The notes beneath the pieces were generated by a model. It was given only the letters and a program-made list of their open reading frames with translations, did not search any database and had not been told where the DNA came from. From a virus (lineage: Duplodnaviria > Caudoviricetes), in the IMG/VR virus record IMGVR_UViG_3300032307_000533, positions 1-55,953 of that record: a stretch of 55,953 nucleotides of DNA. One strand, 5' to 3'. How positions within the stretch are numbered: the stretch's first letter is position 1; every line of letters begins with the position of its first letter. Positions 16,900 to 27,287 of this stretch are shown one piece after another. A program made the position numbers and the translations under genes.

Positions 16900-17028
16900 A
16901 TGTGTAGTAAGGTAATCTCACTACTAATCGCTTTACACATCATAATTGCTTTGATTGTGGTGGGTGTTAAGTTTTACAATAAAACACAAGAAAAGAAAGT
17001 TGAAGTAAACAATGAAAAACACAAATAG
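16900..17028 (+). CDS. Small membrane protein (42 aa)
   Basis: MCSKVISLLIALHIIIALIVVGVKFY..., one TM helix; below ORF-track cutoff. Confidence 0.4.
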   Translation: MCSKVISLLIALHIIIALIVVGVKFYNKTQEKKVEVNNEKHK

Positions 17029-17188
17029 TACACAACACGAAAAAGTTAAAACTATTTTAGAGAAAACAAACCCAAATGAGTTCGACATCAATAAATTTAT
17101 TGAGGATGTTAGACTCATAAAAGAAGAAAGTAAAAAACGTGTTAATTGGGTCCATGATGAGTGGGACAATTGGCACGATAATTTTTAA
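17012..17188 (+). CDS. Small hypothetical protein (58 aa)
   Basis: MKNTNSTQHEKVKTILEK...WVHDEWDNWHDNF*; fills the gap on the coding strand. Confidence 0.55.
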   Translation: MKNTNSTQHEKVKTILEKTNPNEFDINKFIEDVRLIKEESKKRVNWVHDEWDNWHDNF

Positions 17189-17194
17189 AGATAT

Positions 17195-17407
17195 ATGACA
17201 AAAGCTATCGGCACACTTATCGCTGCGTTATTAACGGTATTATTATACGCTGTCATAACCGCGCTACCAATTATGTTGTTATGGAATTATTGTTTAGTTC
17301 CAGCAATTCCGTTTATTAAATTAATAACCTTTTGGCAAGCATTTGGTGTTAAAATATTATTCGGACTTTTATTCAATGTGAACCAAAAAACAGAAACCAA
17401 AAAATAA
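17195..17407 (+). CDS. Small membrane protein
   Basis: Hydrophobic; LWN.....ITFWQAFG motif. Confidence 0.7.
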   Translation: MTKAIGTLIAALLTVLLYAVITALPIMLLWNYCLVPAIPFIKLITFWQAFGVKILFGLLFNVNQKTETKK

Positions 17408-17408
17408 T

Positions 17409-17792
17409 ATGGATACCATTGACAAATTTGAACCGACAAAGGTTTTATTTCTAACTGATGATGAGAATCAGTTGTGTATTAAAAAGATGTATTATCATAA
17501 TAGTTTGTTTAAGATTTACAATTATGATATAATGACAAAAACTAACTACGAGCTGGCGGATTACCAAAACGGTAAGTACACAGTTTTTAATCAGTTTTTG
17601 TTTAATCTCTACTTTATTAAACCTTTGAGACAAAGCCCTAAACTAGCCAGAGCTTTTCATGATTTTGTTAGAACGGATTTTAATGCTGGGGAATTTAAGG
17701 AAATCAGTGTTAAATTTAAATGTTTCAAGAGACGAATTAATATACGCGTAATCAAGTTATTACGCAAAACAAAAAAAGCGATATGGGAATAG
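17409..17792 (+). CDS. Hypothetical protein
   Basis: 127-aa ORF. Confidence 0.6.
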   Translation: MDTIDKFEPTKVLFLTDDENQLCIKKMYYHNSLFKIYNYDIMTKTNYELADYQNGKYTVFNQFLFNLYFIKPLRQSPKLARAFHDFVRTDFNAGEFKEISVKFKCFKRRINIRVIKLLRKTKKAIWE

Positions 17793-18451
17793 AAAACTCA
17801 AAAGAGATTAAGTTTGATTTTGATGATGAGGTTAAAGAAAAACCTAATCGTCTTAAAGATCTATTGGACACCATCTACGATAAAGTTTATTGGAAAACCA
17901 TTGGTTGGAGAATAAAGGAGTTCAGATCATCTGTTAATAAACTTATCAGATGGTTCCCTATTATATGGAAAGACCGTGATTGGGATGACCATTACATCTG
18001 GGAAATCATGAAGAATAAATTAAGATGGCAAGCCAAATACATCGGTGATCGTGATTTCCACACCAGAGCAGCTTTAGATGCCAAACGTATTAGATTATGC
18101 GCCAACCTGATGGATAAAGTTCAGGATGGGTTCTATAGTGGTGAATATATGGATTACCATGAATCAAAATGGAATTTCTTAGATATCCCAGATAAACCAG
18201 GCTACAAAGAGTTGGATATGCAAACCACATCTGAGAATTTTGATGACTATTTCAAAAAATACCCATTGGTTTATAAAAAAGTTTTAGCCGATAAGAAGTT
18301 ACAAATATTCGGTATCGAAGCTAGAGACGGTGAAACCGAGGTTGATGCTAAACAAAGAATTGCAATGAACATCGGTAGATATAATCATGAGAGGGCTAGA
18401 AAACTCTTGTTTAGAATAATGGAAGAAAACATTGAGGGCTGGTGGGATTAA
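17783..18451 (+). CDS. Hypothetical phage protein
   Basis: 222 aa; WFPIIWKDRDWD and terminal IEGWWD motifs. Confidence 0.7.
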   Translation: MGIENSKEIKFDFDDEVKEKPNRLKDLLDTIYDKVYWKTIGWRIKEFRSSVNKLIRWFPIIWKDRDWDDHYIWEIMKNKLRWQAKYIGDRDFHTRAALDAKRIRLCANLMDKVQDGFYSGEYMDYHESKWNFLDIPDKPGYKELDMQTTSENFDDYFKKYPLVYKKVLADKKLQIFGIEARDGETEVDAKQRIAMNIGRYNHERARKLLFRIMEENIEGWWD

Positions 18452-18636
18452 CAAAATATAAAGTTGGAGATAGGGTAAACTTCACATTTATAGGGGCCCC
18501 GTTAAGTGGGGTTATCATTGAGGTTTTAGATAAAACCTTGTTAAAAGTTAAAACGGACGAAAACGGTATCGTACACAGAGTTGGGTTAACAGATAAAGAT
18601 CATAAATATTGTTTTTTAAATAATGGGAAATCATAG
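18442..18636 (+). CDS. Small SH3/KOW-like hypothetical protein
   Basis: YKVGDRV..G.IIEV pattern; start codon uncertain. Confidence 0.5.
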   Translation: MGLTKYKVGDRVNFTFIGAPLSGVIIEVLDKTLLKVKTDENGIVHRVGLTDKDHKYCFLNNGKS

Positions 18637-19303
18637 TAACATACTGAAAGACCTGGTTGAAAATTCCAGTGATTATTTCGGTGAGATGAAAAGGTTTGCT
18701 GACGAGTACAGCAAATACTTCAACGAGCCACCTAAGAATATCTTAGAGATTGGTTCCAGAGATGGGTACCACGCGGACTACCTTAAAAAATACTTTAACA
18801 TACCAGATGATAAAGTTTTCATCGTTGATGCACACCCCTATTGTGCGAGTATTATCAGAAGAGACCACCCAAATTACAGGGTTATTGAAGCCGCCGTTGC
18901 GCCTAAAAGAGGTGTGTTAAAATTTAACGCTATCCAGAACTTAGATCTTGGTGGTCTTGGTATGAGCTCCGCTTTACCGAAGGTTGCTGGGCCAGTTTTT
19001 GGTGAGACATGGGTTAACGTGATCGCTATTACGGGTGAAGATCTAATAGATTTGATCGAAGAACCTGAAATCGACTTGCTTAAATTAGACGTTGAGGGTT
19101 TAACCTATGAGGTTCTTGAGAGTTTCTCATTGAATCTTAGAAAAATTAAATTTATTCATACAGAAGGTGAGTACACTGAGGTGTGGAAAGGCCAGAAATT
19201 ATATAAAGATTTATGCGACCTATTGACCAAACATGGTTTCAAAGAGGCCTACAGGGTTGATATGTTAGCGGAGCAGTGTGATACTGTTTGGTATAGGGTG
19301 TAA
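18623..19303 (+). CDS. FkbM-family SAM-dependent methyltransferase
   Basis: ILEIGSRDG, IDLLKLDVEG..YEVL, IHTE, L..HGF. Confidence 0.85.
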   Translation: MGNHSNILKDLVENSSDYFGEMKRFADEYSKYFNEPPKNILEIGSRDGYHADYLKKYFNIPDDKVFIVDAHPYCASIIRRDHPNYRVIEAAVAPKRGVLKFNAIQNLDLGGLGMSSALPKVAGPVFGETWVNVIAITGEDLIDLIEEPEIDLLKLDVEGLTYEVLESFSLNLRKIKFIHTEGEYTEVWKGQKLYKDLCDLLTKHGFKEAYRVDMLAEQCDTVWYRV

Positions 19304-19373
19304 AAAATAGCCCAGACTAGGGTTTTTTTAATAAAACTAGATATTTATAAGTATCTAAATATGTCTTTTTATT

Positions 19374-22370
19374 ATGAGCAAAAATGTTTTAAATGAAGTA
19401 AATACGATTAGGGAACAAATGGGTTTACCCTTATTGAACGAAAACGAATTATTACACCTAGAGCTATCCAAAATCGATTTGGACCCGCTTAACGAGGGTT
19501 GGTGGGAAAATGCGAAGTACGCGTTGTCTAAATTAGGTAGATACAAAGCTGGCGGTAAAATATTTGGTAAGACCCAAACTGACGCTAAAGCTAATGCTCA
19601 AATAATGGCTTTATTAGATAAAAAAGGGAATGAAATGATTAAACAACTTGATTCTAATATCAAGGCTAAAAATCCAGAGTTCCCTAATAACAAAAGTCAA
19701 GAGCAATATCTAACAACAATACTTGATATTGCCACAGTTTATGATTCCGTTGTCGCGGCAACAAAATTGAAACCGAATGATGCTGGATTCTTACCAGTTG
19801 ATGCGGCAAATGCGATTATCGAGGATCTAAGAGCTTATACACAAAAATATTTAGATGTTGATTTAACAGCCGCTTTCAGTGTCTTCAATGAAGCTGAAGA
19901 AGGTGCTGTTGAAGAGGGGATTGTTGATGAGGCTGGCCTTAAAGATGTTGGTAAAGCAGCTATGAAAGGTTTAAAGATGGTTGGGGATGACATTAAAGCA
20001 GGTATAAGAAACGGGCAAAAAACGGCTGATGATATAATGGGTAGAAACCCTGATCTAGAGGCTGCTAAAGCAAAAACCGCTGGTAAATTTGCGGATACAA
20101 AAGCCGCTATTGAAAAAGGTGATTTAGAAGCTTATGGTACAGAGAGAATGAAGACTCTAAGATCATGGAGAATGCCTTTGGCTTTAATGGGTACTGGCGC
20201 ATCATTTGGTGCGTTAAGTTGGTTAATTGAATATCTATATGGACCTAAAGAGATTGTAGAATCATCTAAAGACGTCATCGAATCAAAAGCTGAACAAGCT
20301 TTAGGTAACATCAAACCAGGTGAGGGTATGACACAAATCATGAACAGAACATTGGGTACGAGTTTGTCACCGAGTTCTAACCCAAATGATGTTGTATCCG
20401 CATTGGCTAAAATCGGTGGTGGTGACGCTAATAAAGGTGTTGAGATCATCACACAAAATGGTGGTATCTTTAGAGATCCAACCGCCGCTAAAGAAACTTT
20501 ATCACAAATTGTTGCTAACCCAACTGCACATGGTAATAACTTGAAACAAGTTTTCAGTGGAACCTGGGCTGGAACTGGTAAGATGGCTGGTGATACCTTG
20601 GTAACACAAAACGGTGGTACATTAAAACAAATGGTTATTACAGCTATTGTTAAGTGGACGACAAAAACAACAATCAAGACAACAGCAGCCGCAACAATCG
20701 CAGCACCAATCCTTAAAGTATTGGGTATTGGTTTATTAGCAGGTGGTGCGGTAGCGGCACTTTCAAGATACAAAGGTAGAAAATCATCTAGAGCTCAGGT
20801 TTTAAACGATTTAGTTCAATACTTAAGACCTGTTGAAGGTACTGAAGATAACCAACCAGTTATTGATGATAATAACGGTGGTGACAAAGGCCAAGGTGGT
20901 GGTGACGGACAAGGTGGTAAGAGTGGGTCTGACAACCAGTTATACAACTACCTTAAGAAATATTTCCAGGATCTTTACAACTTTAGATCACAAGTTAATA
21001 CAGACACTTACGGTAAAGGTGGCTCTGGTAACGCGCAAAAAACATACAGCGGTGGTGGGACTATAAATAAAAATGTAGTTGCGCCGAACGATGTCGATGA
21101 TTTATTGAAGTTAATGGAAGAGTTTGAAATGGTTTCAGAAGAAACTTTGGATGATATCGGATTAAGCTCAAACCAGTTAAAACTATTTAAAACCAATCTT
21201 CAGAGATTAACCCAGTTAATTAAGATGGTAAATAAATTCAGTAGCGAAGATAAAAACTTAGCTAGATTAATTGATTCGGCAAAAGGTAACCCAGTATCAA
21301 CAGCTGACATAAATAGCATGTTAGAGTCCGACCCAAAGAGTTTAAAGATATTTGTTAGCGATTTTAACAAAGCTTTATACTCAATTGAGTTTAAAAATGG
21401 TAACAGTATTATCGACCAATTAAGTAAAATCCAAGTAAATAAATTACAAGAGGATGAGCTTGTTGATGAAAAAGCTGAGAGAGAACAACCTAAAGGTGGG
21501 ATGAATAAGATCTACAACGATAGGCGTGCATTCTTAGGTAACTTACAAGGTTATGTTAAAACATTATATTCAATTTTCTCGTATTTAATCGATAAGATGA
21601 AATCTAACCCAGAAGGTAATAAAGAGGCACAAGCTGATTACTTAACAGGCCAAAAGGGTGGTAAAAATAGCCCAGGGTTAACTTCTACTGATAAAACCCA
21701 AATGAATAAGGGTCTAAACGCTACCCAAGTTAGCGGTAGTCTTAGAGACGTTGGTAAAACCCTTGAAGAGGGTAAGAGATATACTAAAGAAGAATTAAGC
21801 GAAATGAGTATTGATATGGAAGAAGCTATTAACCCTAAGACTGAAGCTATGTTGAATAGTGTTAACGGTAAAATCTTTACGCAATTAGCTAAGGTTGTAC
21901 CAGAATTAAGCACTAGAATTGCTACTGCATATCAACAAGAGTATGGTGAAACAATTAACAAAGCTAGATTAGGTAAATTCTTAGAGACAGTATTGGGTGC
22001 GTTGGCAACAGTTCCACAACAAAGAATGGTTCAGATTATCAATAGAGGTGATGTTGATATCACAGCTTATAAGAGAATGTTAAAGGATCTTAAGAATGCG
22101 GAAGGTCAAGATGGTGAACAACCAGTACAACCAACAGCATCATCTTTTAACCCAAGCACACCAGAAAAATTCTTACCAGTAAACGTTTCTGGATATGATT
22201 TAGCTGGCCAGAAAAATTCATTCAGAACTGGTTTAGCACAAAAAGCAGCTGAGATTATCAGTAGACAAACTGACATGAAACTAGATGAGAAAAACATGTT
22301 AGCGGTAATGAAACAATTGATCGACACATTAAACAGTAAGCACGGTGGTAATATACCGAAAGCTCAGTAA
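19374..22370 (+). CDS. Large putative internal virion/ejection protein with two hydrophobic segments
   Basis: 998 aa; TATTTATA upstream (19342-49); recurrent L/V-x-E motifs; TM-like LALMGTGASFGALSWLI and ILKVLGIGLLAGGAVAAL; Gly-rich linker. Confidence 0.55.
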   Translation: MSKNVLNEVNTIREQMGLPLLNENELLHLELSKIDLDPLNEGWWENAKYALSKLGRYKAGGKIFGKTQTDAKANAQIMALLDKKGNEMIKQLDSNIKAKNPEFPNNKSQEQYLTTILDIATVYDSVVAATKLKPNDAGFLPVDAANAIIEDLRAYTQKYLDVDLTAAFSVFNEAEEGAVEEGIVDEAGLKDVGKAAMKGLKMVGDDIKAGIRNGQKTADDIMGRNPDLEAAKAKTAGKFADTKAAIEKGDLEAYGTERMKTLRSWRMPLALMGTGASFGALSWLIEYLYGPKEIVESSKDVIESKAEQALGNIKPGEGMTQIMNRTLGTSLSPSSNPNDVVSALAKIGGGDANKGVEIITQNGGIFRDPTAAKETLSQIVANPTAHGNNLKQVFSGTWAGTGKMAGDTLVTQNGGTLKQMVITAIVKWTTKTTIKTTAAATIAAPILKVLGIGLLAGGAVAALSRYKGRKSSRAQVLNDLVQYLRPVEGTEDNQPVIDDNNGGDKGQGGGDGQGGKSGSDNQLYNYLKKYFQDLYNFRSQVNTDTYGKGGSGNAQKTYSGGGTINKNVVAPNDVDDLLKLMEEFEMVSEETLDDIGLSSNQLKLFKTNLQRLTQLIKMVNKFSSEDKNLARLIDSAKGNPVSTADINSMLESDPKSLKIFVSDFNKALYSIEFKNGNSIIDQLSKIQVNKLQEDELVDEKAEREQPKGGMNKIYNDRRAFLGNLQGYVKTLYSIFSYLIDKMKSNPEGNKEAQADYLTGQKGGKNSPGLTSTDKTQMNKGLNATQVSGSLRDVGKTLEEGKRYTKEELSEMSIDMEEAINPKTEAMLNSVNGKIFTQLAKVVPELSTRIATAYQQEYGETINKARLGKFLETVLGALATVPQQRMVQIINRGDVDITAYKRMLKDLKNAEGQDGEQPVQPTASSFNPSTPEKFLPVNVSGYDLAGQKNSFRTGLAQKAAEIISRQTDMKLDEKNMLAVMKQLIDTLNSKHGGNIPKAQ

Positions 22371-22377
22371 ATTTTAG

Positions 22378-22403
22378 AAAGCCCCAGTCGGGGCTTTTTT
22401 TTT
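22378..22403 (+). terminator. Intrinsic terminator
   Basis: AAAGCCC-CAGTC-GGGCTTTTTTTTT. Confidence 0.85.
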
Positions 22404-22471
22404 GCGTTTATTTTTTTTATTTCTTGCTTGGTAATGAAAAGTTTATTATCTTTGTAAAAATATATTTTACT

Positions 22472-22735
22472 ATGCCAGAATTTTACGTAGAAGACTTGGA
22501 CATTGACCCAAGTGAATTTGTCAGCGCATGCTCAAAAAGAGAGATTGGAGAATTAATCGATGCGTTAGCTGAAGATGGTTACATCGTCAACCCAATTAAC
22601 AGTGTCCCAGCAGAGGATAAAAATCTTTTAGATGAAGAACGGGATGAGGTTATGGGTAAATTAGCTGGTCGAGGTAGATTAAGATTAACAAACGAAGAAG
22701 AAGAAATTATTAGAAAGATAGCAAACAGGTTATGA
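22472..22735 (+). CDS. Hypothetical protein
   Basis: ATG 22472 downstream of a TATCTTTG promoter; ATGA-coupled to the ligase. Confidence 0.65.
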   Translation: MPEFYVEDLDIDPSEFVSACSKREIGELIDALAEDGYIVNPINSVPAEDKNLLDEERDEVMGKLAGRGRLRLTNEEEEIIRKIANRL

Positions 22736-23805
22736 ATTTAGAAACATTAAACAAGTATCACGAGGATGGGTTGTTGTACAAACAAACACACCCAACTCTT
22801 CCATTGACAATTTGGAACTACACCGAAAAAGTGCAGTACGAAATGTTATGGGATGAGATTACTATTGCATGTCGTGGACTTGTTACTGATGATTCTGGTA
22901 ACATTGTAGCTAGACCATTCCCTAAGTTCTTTAACTACGAAGAGGTTATTGATAAAGACGTTATTCCATGGGATAGTGAGTACATCCACGTACAAGAAAA
23001 AATGGATGGGTCTTTGGGTATCCTATTTCATTACGCTAGTGAGTGGCATTTGGCTACCAGAGGTTCGTTTACATCGGATCAAGCTGTAAAGGGTCTAGAG
23101 ATACTTAAATCAAAATACGATTTAAACAGATTTGTAAAAGAGGTTACTTACCTATGCGAAATCATATACCCTGAAAATAGGATCGTTGTTGATTATGGTG
23201 AGGATAAGATAACCTTTCTAGGTGCTAGTGTACCTGACATGGAATTTAACTGGGCCCCAGCTAAAGCGATATTCAAAACTTCTGGTATAAAAGAAGAGGA
23301 TGTTGTTTGGAGTTCTATGGATGTGTTATCTGAGGATGTTTTCAAAAGATATCAAAATCTTAACGAGCCAGATAAAGAGGGTTTTGTTATAAGGTTTTAC
23401 CCATCCAATTACCGTGTTAAAATTAAGTTTGAGGATTATGTTAGACTTCATAAGATAATGACAAACCTATCAACACGTAATGTTTGGGAGACGTTATCAA
23501 ATGGGGGTGACATAATGGAAACATTGGTTGATGTCCCAGATGAGTTTTATGATAAAATAAAGGGGTATGCCGAAGAATTGCAGAACCAATTTAGTACGCT
23601 TGAAAGAGAGTACAAGTGGATCTTTAAGATATTACATCGCTCATTGACTGAGGTATATAATGTACCACAAGAAAAACAACGAGCGGTATTCGCGCAGTAC
23701 GCTAAGAACTACAAACACCCAGCCATCTTGTTTAAGATGTTAGATGGTAACGATTACACGAAAATAATTTGGAGTTTAATTTACCCAGAATACAGAAAAT
23801 TATGA
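22732..23805 (+). CDS. T4 Rnl1-like RNA ligase
   Basis: IWNYT, CRGLV, ARPFPKFFN, EKMDGSLG (motif I), ATRGSF, CEII, EGFV, KIK. Confidence 0.9.
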   Translation: MNLETLNKYHEDGLLYKQTHPTLPLTIWNYTEKVQYEMLWDEITIACRGLVTDDSGNIVARPFPKFFNYEEVIDKDVIPWDSEYIHVQEKMDGSLGILFHYASEWHLATRGSFTSDQAVKGLEILKSKYDLNRFVKEVTYLCEIIYPENRIVVDYGEDKITFLGASVPDMEFNWAPAKAIFKTSGIKEEDVVWSSMDVLSEDVFKRYQNLNEPDKEGFVIRFYPSNYRVKIKFEDYVRLHKIMTNLSTRNVWETLSNGGDIMETLVDVPDEFYDKIKGYAEELQNQFSTLEREYKWIFKILHRSLTEVYNVPQEKQRAVFAQYAKNYKHPAILFKMLDGNDYTKIIWSLIYPEYRKL

Positions 23806-24053
23806 ACATGTTAGATTTAATTATTGAACAGAACCCAGAAGAGGAGTTCTTAAAAGCGGACGGATTAGATGGGGCTATCATTGGTTATGATGACCAAACT
23901 GGTAGACTCATTTATTCCATGAGCAAAGTTATTGGAATCCTCACAACGGAAGATGAGATGACTGAAGAAGATGCTCTAGAGCATTATTACTACAACATCC
24001 ATGGAAGTTACGTAGGAGAAAAAACACCGATTTGGTGTTATGATTATTTTTAG
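23802..24053 (+). CDS. Hypothetical phage protein
   Basis: ADGLDGAIIG...YNI.GSYVGEKTP; ATGA overlap. Confidence 0.7.
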   Translation: MNMLDLIIEQNPEEEFLKADGLDGAIIGYDDQTGRLIYSMSKVIGILTTEDEMTEEDALEHYYYNIHGSYVGEKTPIWCYDYF

Positions 24054-24066
24054 ATATATTTGCAAA

Positions 24067-24702
24067 ATGAAAATACAAGTAGGAAGAAACCAAAAGGTTT
24101 GGTTTACATCGGACACACACTATGCGCACACGAATATTTGTCGTGCCATATCAAACTGGCCCGATGAGGATAAGACGAGAGATTTTGAATCTTTGGATAA
24201 GATGAATGCTGCGATTGTTAATGCGATCAACAACAATGTTGGTCCAGATGATATCTTATTCCACTTGGGCGACTGGTCATTTGGTGGATTTGAGAAAATC
24301 GCTGAACTTCGTCACAGAATCATGTGTCAAAACATTCACTTGGTGCTTGGTAACCATGACCACCATATCGATCGAAATAAAGAGGGTATACAGGACTTAT
24401 TCGCTTCTGTGAGTAAATACCATTACCTTACACTTAAAGTCGATAAGGGTGGCTCCCATGACGTTCATAGAATGGTATTGTGCCATTTCCCTATTGCGTC
24501 TTGGCATGACCTTAACCAAGGTGTTATCCACTTGCACGGACACGTTCACTTGCCAGCGCATTTGAAATTCGGTCCAGGTAAGATGATGGACGTTGGAATG
24601 GATGGTTCAAACGGGATGGAACCATACGAATTAAAAGACATCCTAAAATTAATGGAAAAAAGAGAAAAAAGATCAATGATCGCATACGACCATCATGAGT
24701 AA
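24067..24702 (+). CDS. Calcineurin-like metallophosphoesterase
   Basis: FTSDTH, HLGD, LGNHD, LCHFP, HLHGHVH, DVGMD. Confidence 0.92.
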   Translation: MKIQVGRNQKVWFTSDTHYAHTNICRAISNWPDEDKTRDFESLDKMNAAIVNAINNNVGPDDILFHLGDWSFGGFEKIAELRHRIMCQNIHLVLGNHDHHIDRNKEGIQDLFASVSKYHYLTLKVDKGGSHDVHRMVLCHFPIASWHDLNQGVIHLHGHVHLPAHLKFGPGKMMDVGMDGSNGMEPYELKDILKLMEKREKRSMIAYDHHE

Positions 24703-25111
24703 AGAATTAATATTAGTAAGAGGAGTACCAGGATCTGGTAAGAGCACAACCGCAAAACTATTGGGAGCGGGTGGGGCTGGCTACGCACATTTTGAAGCCG
24801 ACATGTATTTCACGGAAGATGGGGTTTATAAATTCGACCCTACTAAAATAAGAGATGCGCATGCATGGTGCCAAAATAGTGTTGAGCAAGCAATGTTATT
24901 AAACCATACCACTGGACATAACAGTGTAATCATAGTATCAAACACATTCACACAGGAGTGGGAAATGGAACCGTACTATGCTTTAGCAAAACAATGGAAC
25001 TATAAAGTGTTCAGTATCATCGTTGAGAACAGACATGGTGGTTTGAACGAACACAACTGTCCAGAAGAAACAATACAGAAAATGAAGGATCGTTTTGAAA
25101 TTAAATTGTGA
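24695..25111 (+). CDS. P-loop kinase (polynucleotide kinase-like)
   Basis: RGVPGSGKST Walker A, EADMYF, VSNTF, H..PEETI.KM..RF. Confidence 0.85.
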   Translation: MSKELILVRGVPGSGKSTTAKLLGAGGAGYAHFEADMYFTEDGVYKFDPTKIRDAHAWCQNSVEQAMLLNHTTGHNSVIIVSNTFTQEWEMEPYYALAKQWNYKVFSIIVENRHGGLNEHNCPEETIQKMKDRFEIKL

Positions 25112-25410
25112 TGAAACAAGTTGTATACAATATAGGGTATAAAGGAACTGGTTCTGGTGTATTGACTGCGTTTCCGCAAATTTGGGATTGTGATTTTCCA
25201 ACATTTGCTAAGAAAATAAGACTGAAAAAAAATATCAAAGGACTATTTAACTGGGCAAAAGAAAATCATGTTGCACCTTCAACACTTGTATTGTATATTG
25301 TTATTTGGTATGATGATGTTTATTGGGAGTACACAATTAAGATGATTAACGTTAGAGAATATAGAAAACATTGGGAATTAATATATAAAAAAGAATGGAA
25401 AGAAAATTAG
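25108..25410 (+). CDS. Hypothetical protein
   Basis: 100-aa ORF overlapping both neighbours. Confidence 0.55.
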   Translation: MMKQVVYNIGYKGTGSGVLTAFPQIWDCDFPTFAKKIRLKKNIKGLFNWAKENHVAPSTLVLYIVIWYDDVYWEYTIKMINVREYRKHWELIYKKEWKEN

Positions 25411-26414
25411 CAAGCATACAAATAATAGCCGATATCAGACCTATTGAAGGTGCTGATGCTATTGAAGTTGCACGTATCAACAACTGGGATGTTGTTGTGG
25501 CAAAGAATGTTGGTCACAAGGTTGGTGACCATGTGGTTTACTGTGAGATCGACTCATTCCTACCTGTTAGAGAAGAGTTTGAGTTCTTGCGTAAGAGTTC
25601 GTTTAAAAGAATGGGTGACCAAGAAGGTTTCCGTCTTAAAACAATTAGACTTCGTGGACAAGTGTCACAAGGTTTGATCTTACCTATGAGTGTCTTTGGG
25701 GAGTTCAGTTGGACCGCGTATGAAGGTCTTGATGTTACCGAGAGATTGGGTGTCGTTAAATATGAACCACCTATCCCAGCTGAACTTGCTGGTAAGGTTC
25801 GCGGTAACTTCCCAGGTTTCTTGCGTAAGACAGATGAAGAACGTGTACAGAACTTAACCAAAGACTACACAAAATGGGTTGAGGAAGGTTTGGATTTCTA
25901 TGTGACTGAGAAACTTGACGGTAGCTCCGCAACATTCTATTTGAACGATGGTGTATTCGGTGTGTGTTCTAGAAACCTAGACCTTGAGGAAACTGAGGGT
26001 AACACTTTCTGGAAAGTGGCTCGTGAGTTAAAACTCGAAGAGAAGTTACGTGAGAATGGACAGAACTTGGCCATTCAAGGTGAGTTGATCGGAGAAGGTA
26101 TTCAGGGTAACCCATACAAGATTAAAGGTCACACCGTTAGATTCTTCAATGCGTTTGACATTGATTCTCAAACCTACTACGGCTTACCAATGTTCTTGGC
26201 TTTATTTGAACATCAGTTTAAATTGGAGATTGTTCCGATGTTAACTAACTTGACAATGAAGCTACCTCAAACAATCGATGAGTGCTTGGCGTTCGCTGAT
26301 GGTAAATCAGTTCTTAATAATGGGTTTGATCGAGAAGGTGTTGTGTTCAGAACCATGGATAGAACCGTAAGCTTCAAAGCCATATCAAATACGTTCTTAC
26401 TAAAAGAGAAATAA
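25395..26414 (+). CDS. RNA ligase, DRB0094 family
   Basis: RKLASIQ.I..I.PI.GAD.IE N-terminal OB module, RLRGQVSQGL, KTDEERVQN, TEKLDGSS, QGELIG.GIQGN, REGVV, SFKAIS. Confidence 0.92.
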   Translation: MERKLASIQIIADIRPIEGADAIEVARINNWDVVVAKNVGHKVGDHVVYCEIDSFLPVREEFEFLRKSSFKRMGDQEGFRLKTIRLRGQVSQGLILPMSVFGEFSWTAYEGLDVTERLGVVKYEPPIPAELAGKVRGNFPGFLRKTDEERVQNLTKDYTKWVEEGLDFYVTEKLDGSSATFYLNDGVFGVCSRNLDLEETEGNTFWKVARELKLEEKLRENGQNLAIQGELIGEGIQGNPYKIKGHTVRFFNAFDIDSQTYYGLPMFLALFEHQFKLEIVPMLTNLTMKLPQTIDECLAFADGKSVLNNGFDREGVVFRTMDRTVSFKAISNTFLLKEK

Positions 26415-26415
26415 T

Positions 26416-26607
26416 ATGTTCAACGGTCTCTATGATATGATGGATGGTGCAATGGCTGAAGCCCTTGGTGTTGATTTGGAAATTTATATTGACATTATCG
26501 ATAATAAGTGTACCTTTGAAGAAGCGGATTTTATAATCAGTGCTGTGTGGGGTGAAGATGAGTCCGAAATAGAAAAAGCGAAAGAAATTTTTAATAAATA
26601 CATATGA
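26416..26607 (+). CDS. Small acidic hypothetical protein
   Basis: 63-aa ORF, ATGA-coupled to the next gene. Confidence 0.6.
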   Translation: MFNGLYDMMDGAMAEALGVDLEIYIDIIDNKCTFEEADFIISAVWGEDESEIEKAKEIFNKYI

Positions 26608-27287
26608 TATACGTAAGCATTGACATAGAGACAACTGGTTTAGACAATGACAACAGTCAGGTTTTATCTATTGGGTTAGTTGTTGAAGACACTAATAACC
26701 TAAAACCGTTTGATGAGTTACCTAAACTTGAGGTTGCCATCATACGTGAAAGATTGGAAGGTGAGATCTTTGCTCTTAATATGAACAGAGAACTCATCTC
26801 CGATATTCTTAGTTATAAAATAGCTAAGACACCAGAGGCTAAAGCTGAGATCATGGAAAGAACTGGTCGTGAATATCTTTATGAGGAAGATGTCACCAAA
26901 CGAATCTTCCATTTCTTATATGATCATAAAGCTTTGGATGGTGGTCCCGACTTGTTTGAACCAAACAGGATGATTGAAGTTGTTAAGGGTAAAAGTTACC
27001 CAATGTTGACATCAAAGATGAAACCATATTATTTCAACGGTGCTGGTAAGAACTTTGCAAACTTTGATAACAAGTTCTTGGAGAGATTACCAAGATGGAA
27101 ACAAGTGTTGAAAGCTAGAGGTAGGACAATCGATCCGTCAATCTTATTTGTTGACTGGAAGAACGATGACGCCATCCCAGGGTTGTCGCTTTGCAAAGAG
27201 CGCGCGAAGATGGATCCACATGTCACACACAATGCCATTGATGATGCGATGGATATTGTTAAACTATTGAGAACACGATACGCATGA
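26604..27287 (+). CDS. DEDDh 3'-5' exonuclease (DnaQ/oligoribonuclease-like)
   Basis: IDIETTG, NFANFD, HNAIDDA. Confidence 0.85.
   Translation: MIYVSIDIETTGLDNDNSQVLSIGLVVEDTNNLKPFDELPKLEVAIIRERLEGEIFALNMNRELISDILSYKIAKTPEAKAEIMERTGREYLYEEDVTKRIFHFLYDHKALDGGPDLFEPNRMIEVVKGKSYPMLTSKMKPYYFNGAGKNFANFDNKFLERLPRWKQVLKARGRTIDPSILFVDWKNDDAIPGLSLCKERAKMDPHVTHNAIDDAMDIVKLLRTRYA

Noticed and set aside
20132-20773. 213-aa antisense ORF and the many other shadow ORFs in the track (e.g. 1417-1848, 5229-5579, 13882-14226, 41907-42341)
   Set aside because: They lie within or across well-supported genes on another strand or frame and show no motifs or expression signals.
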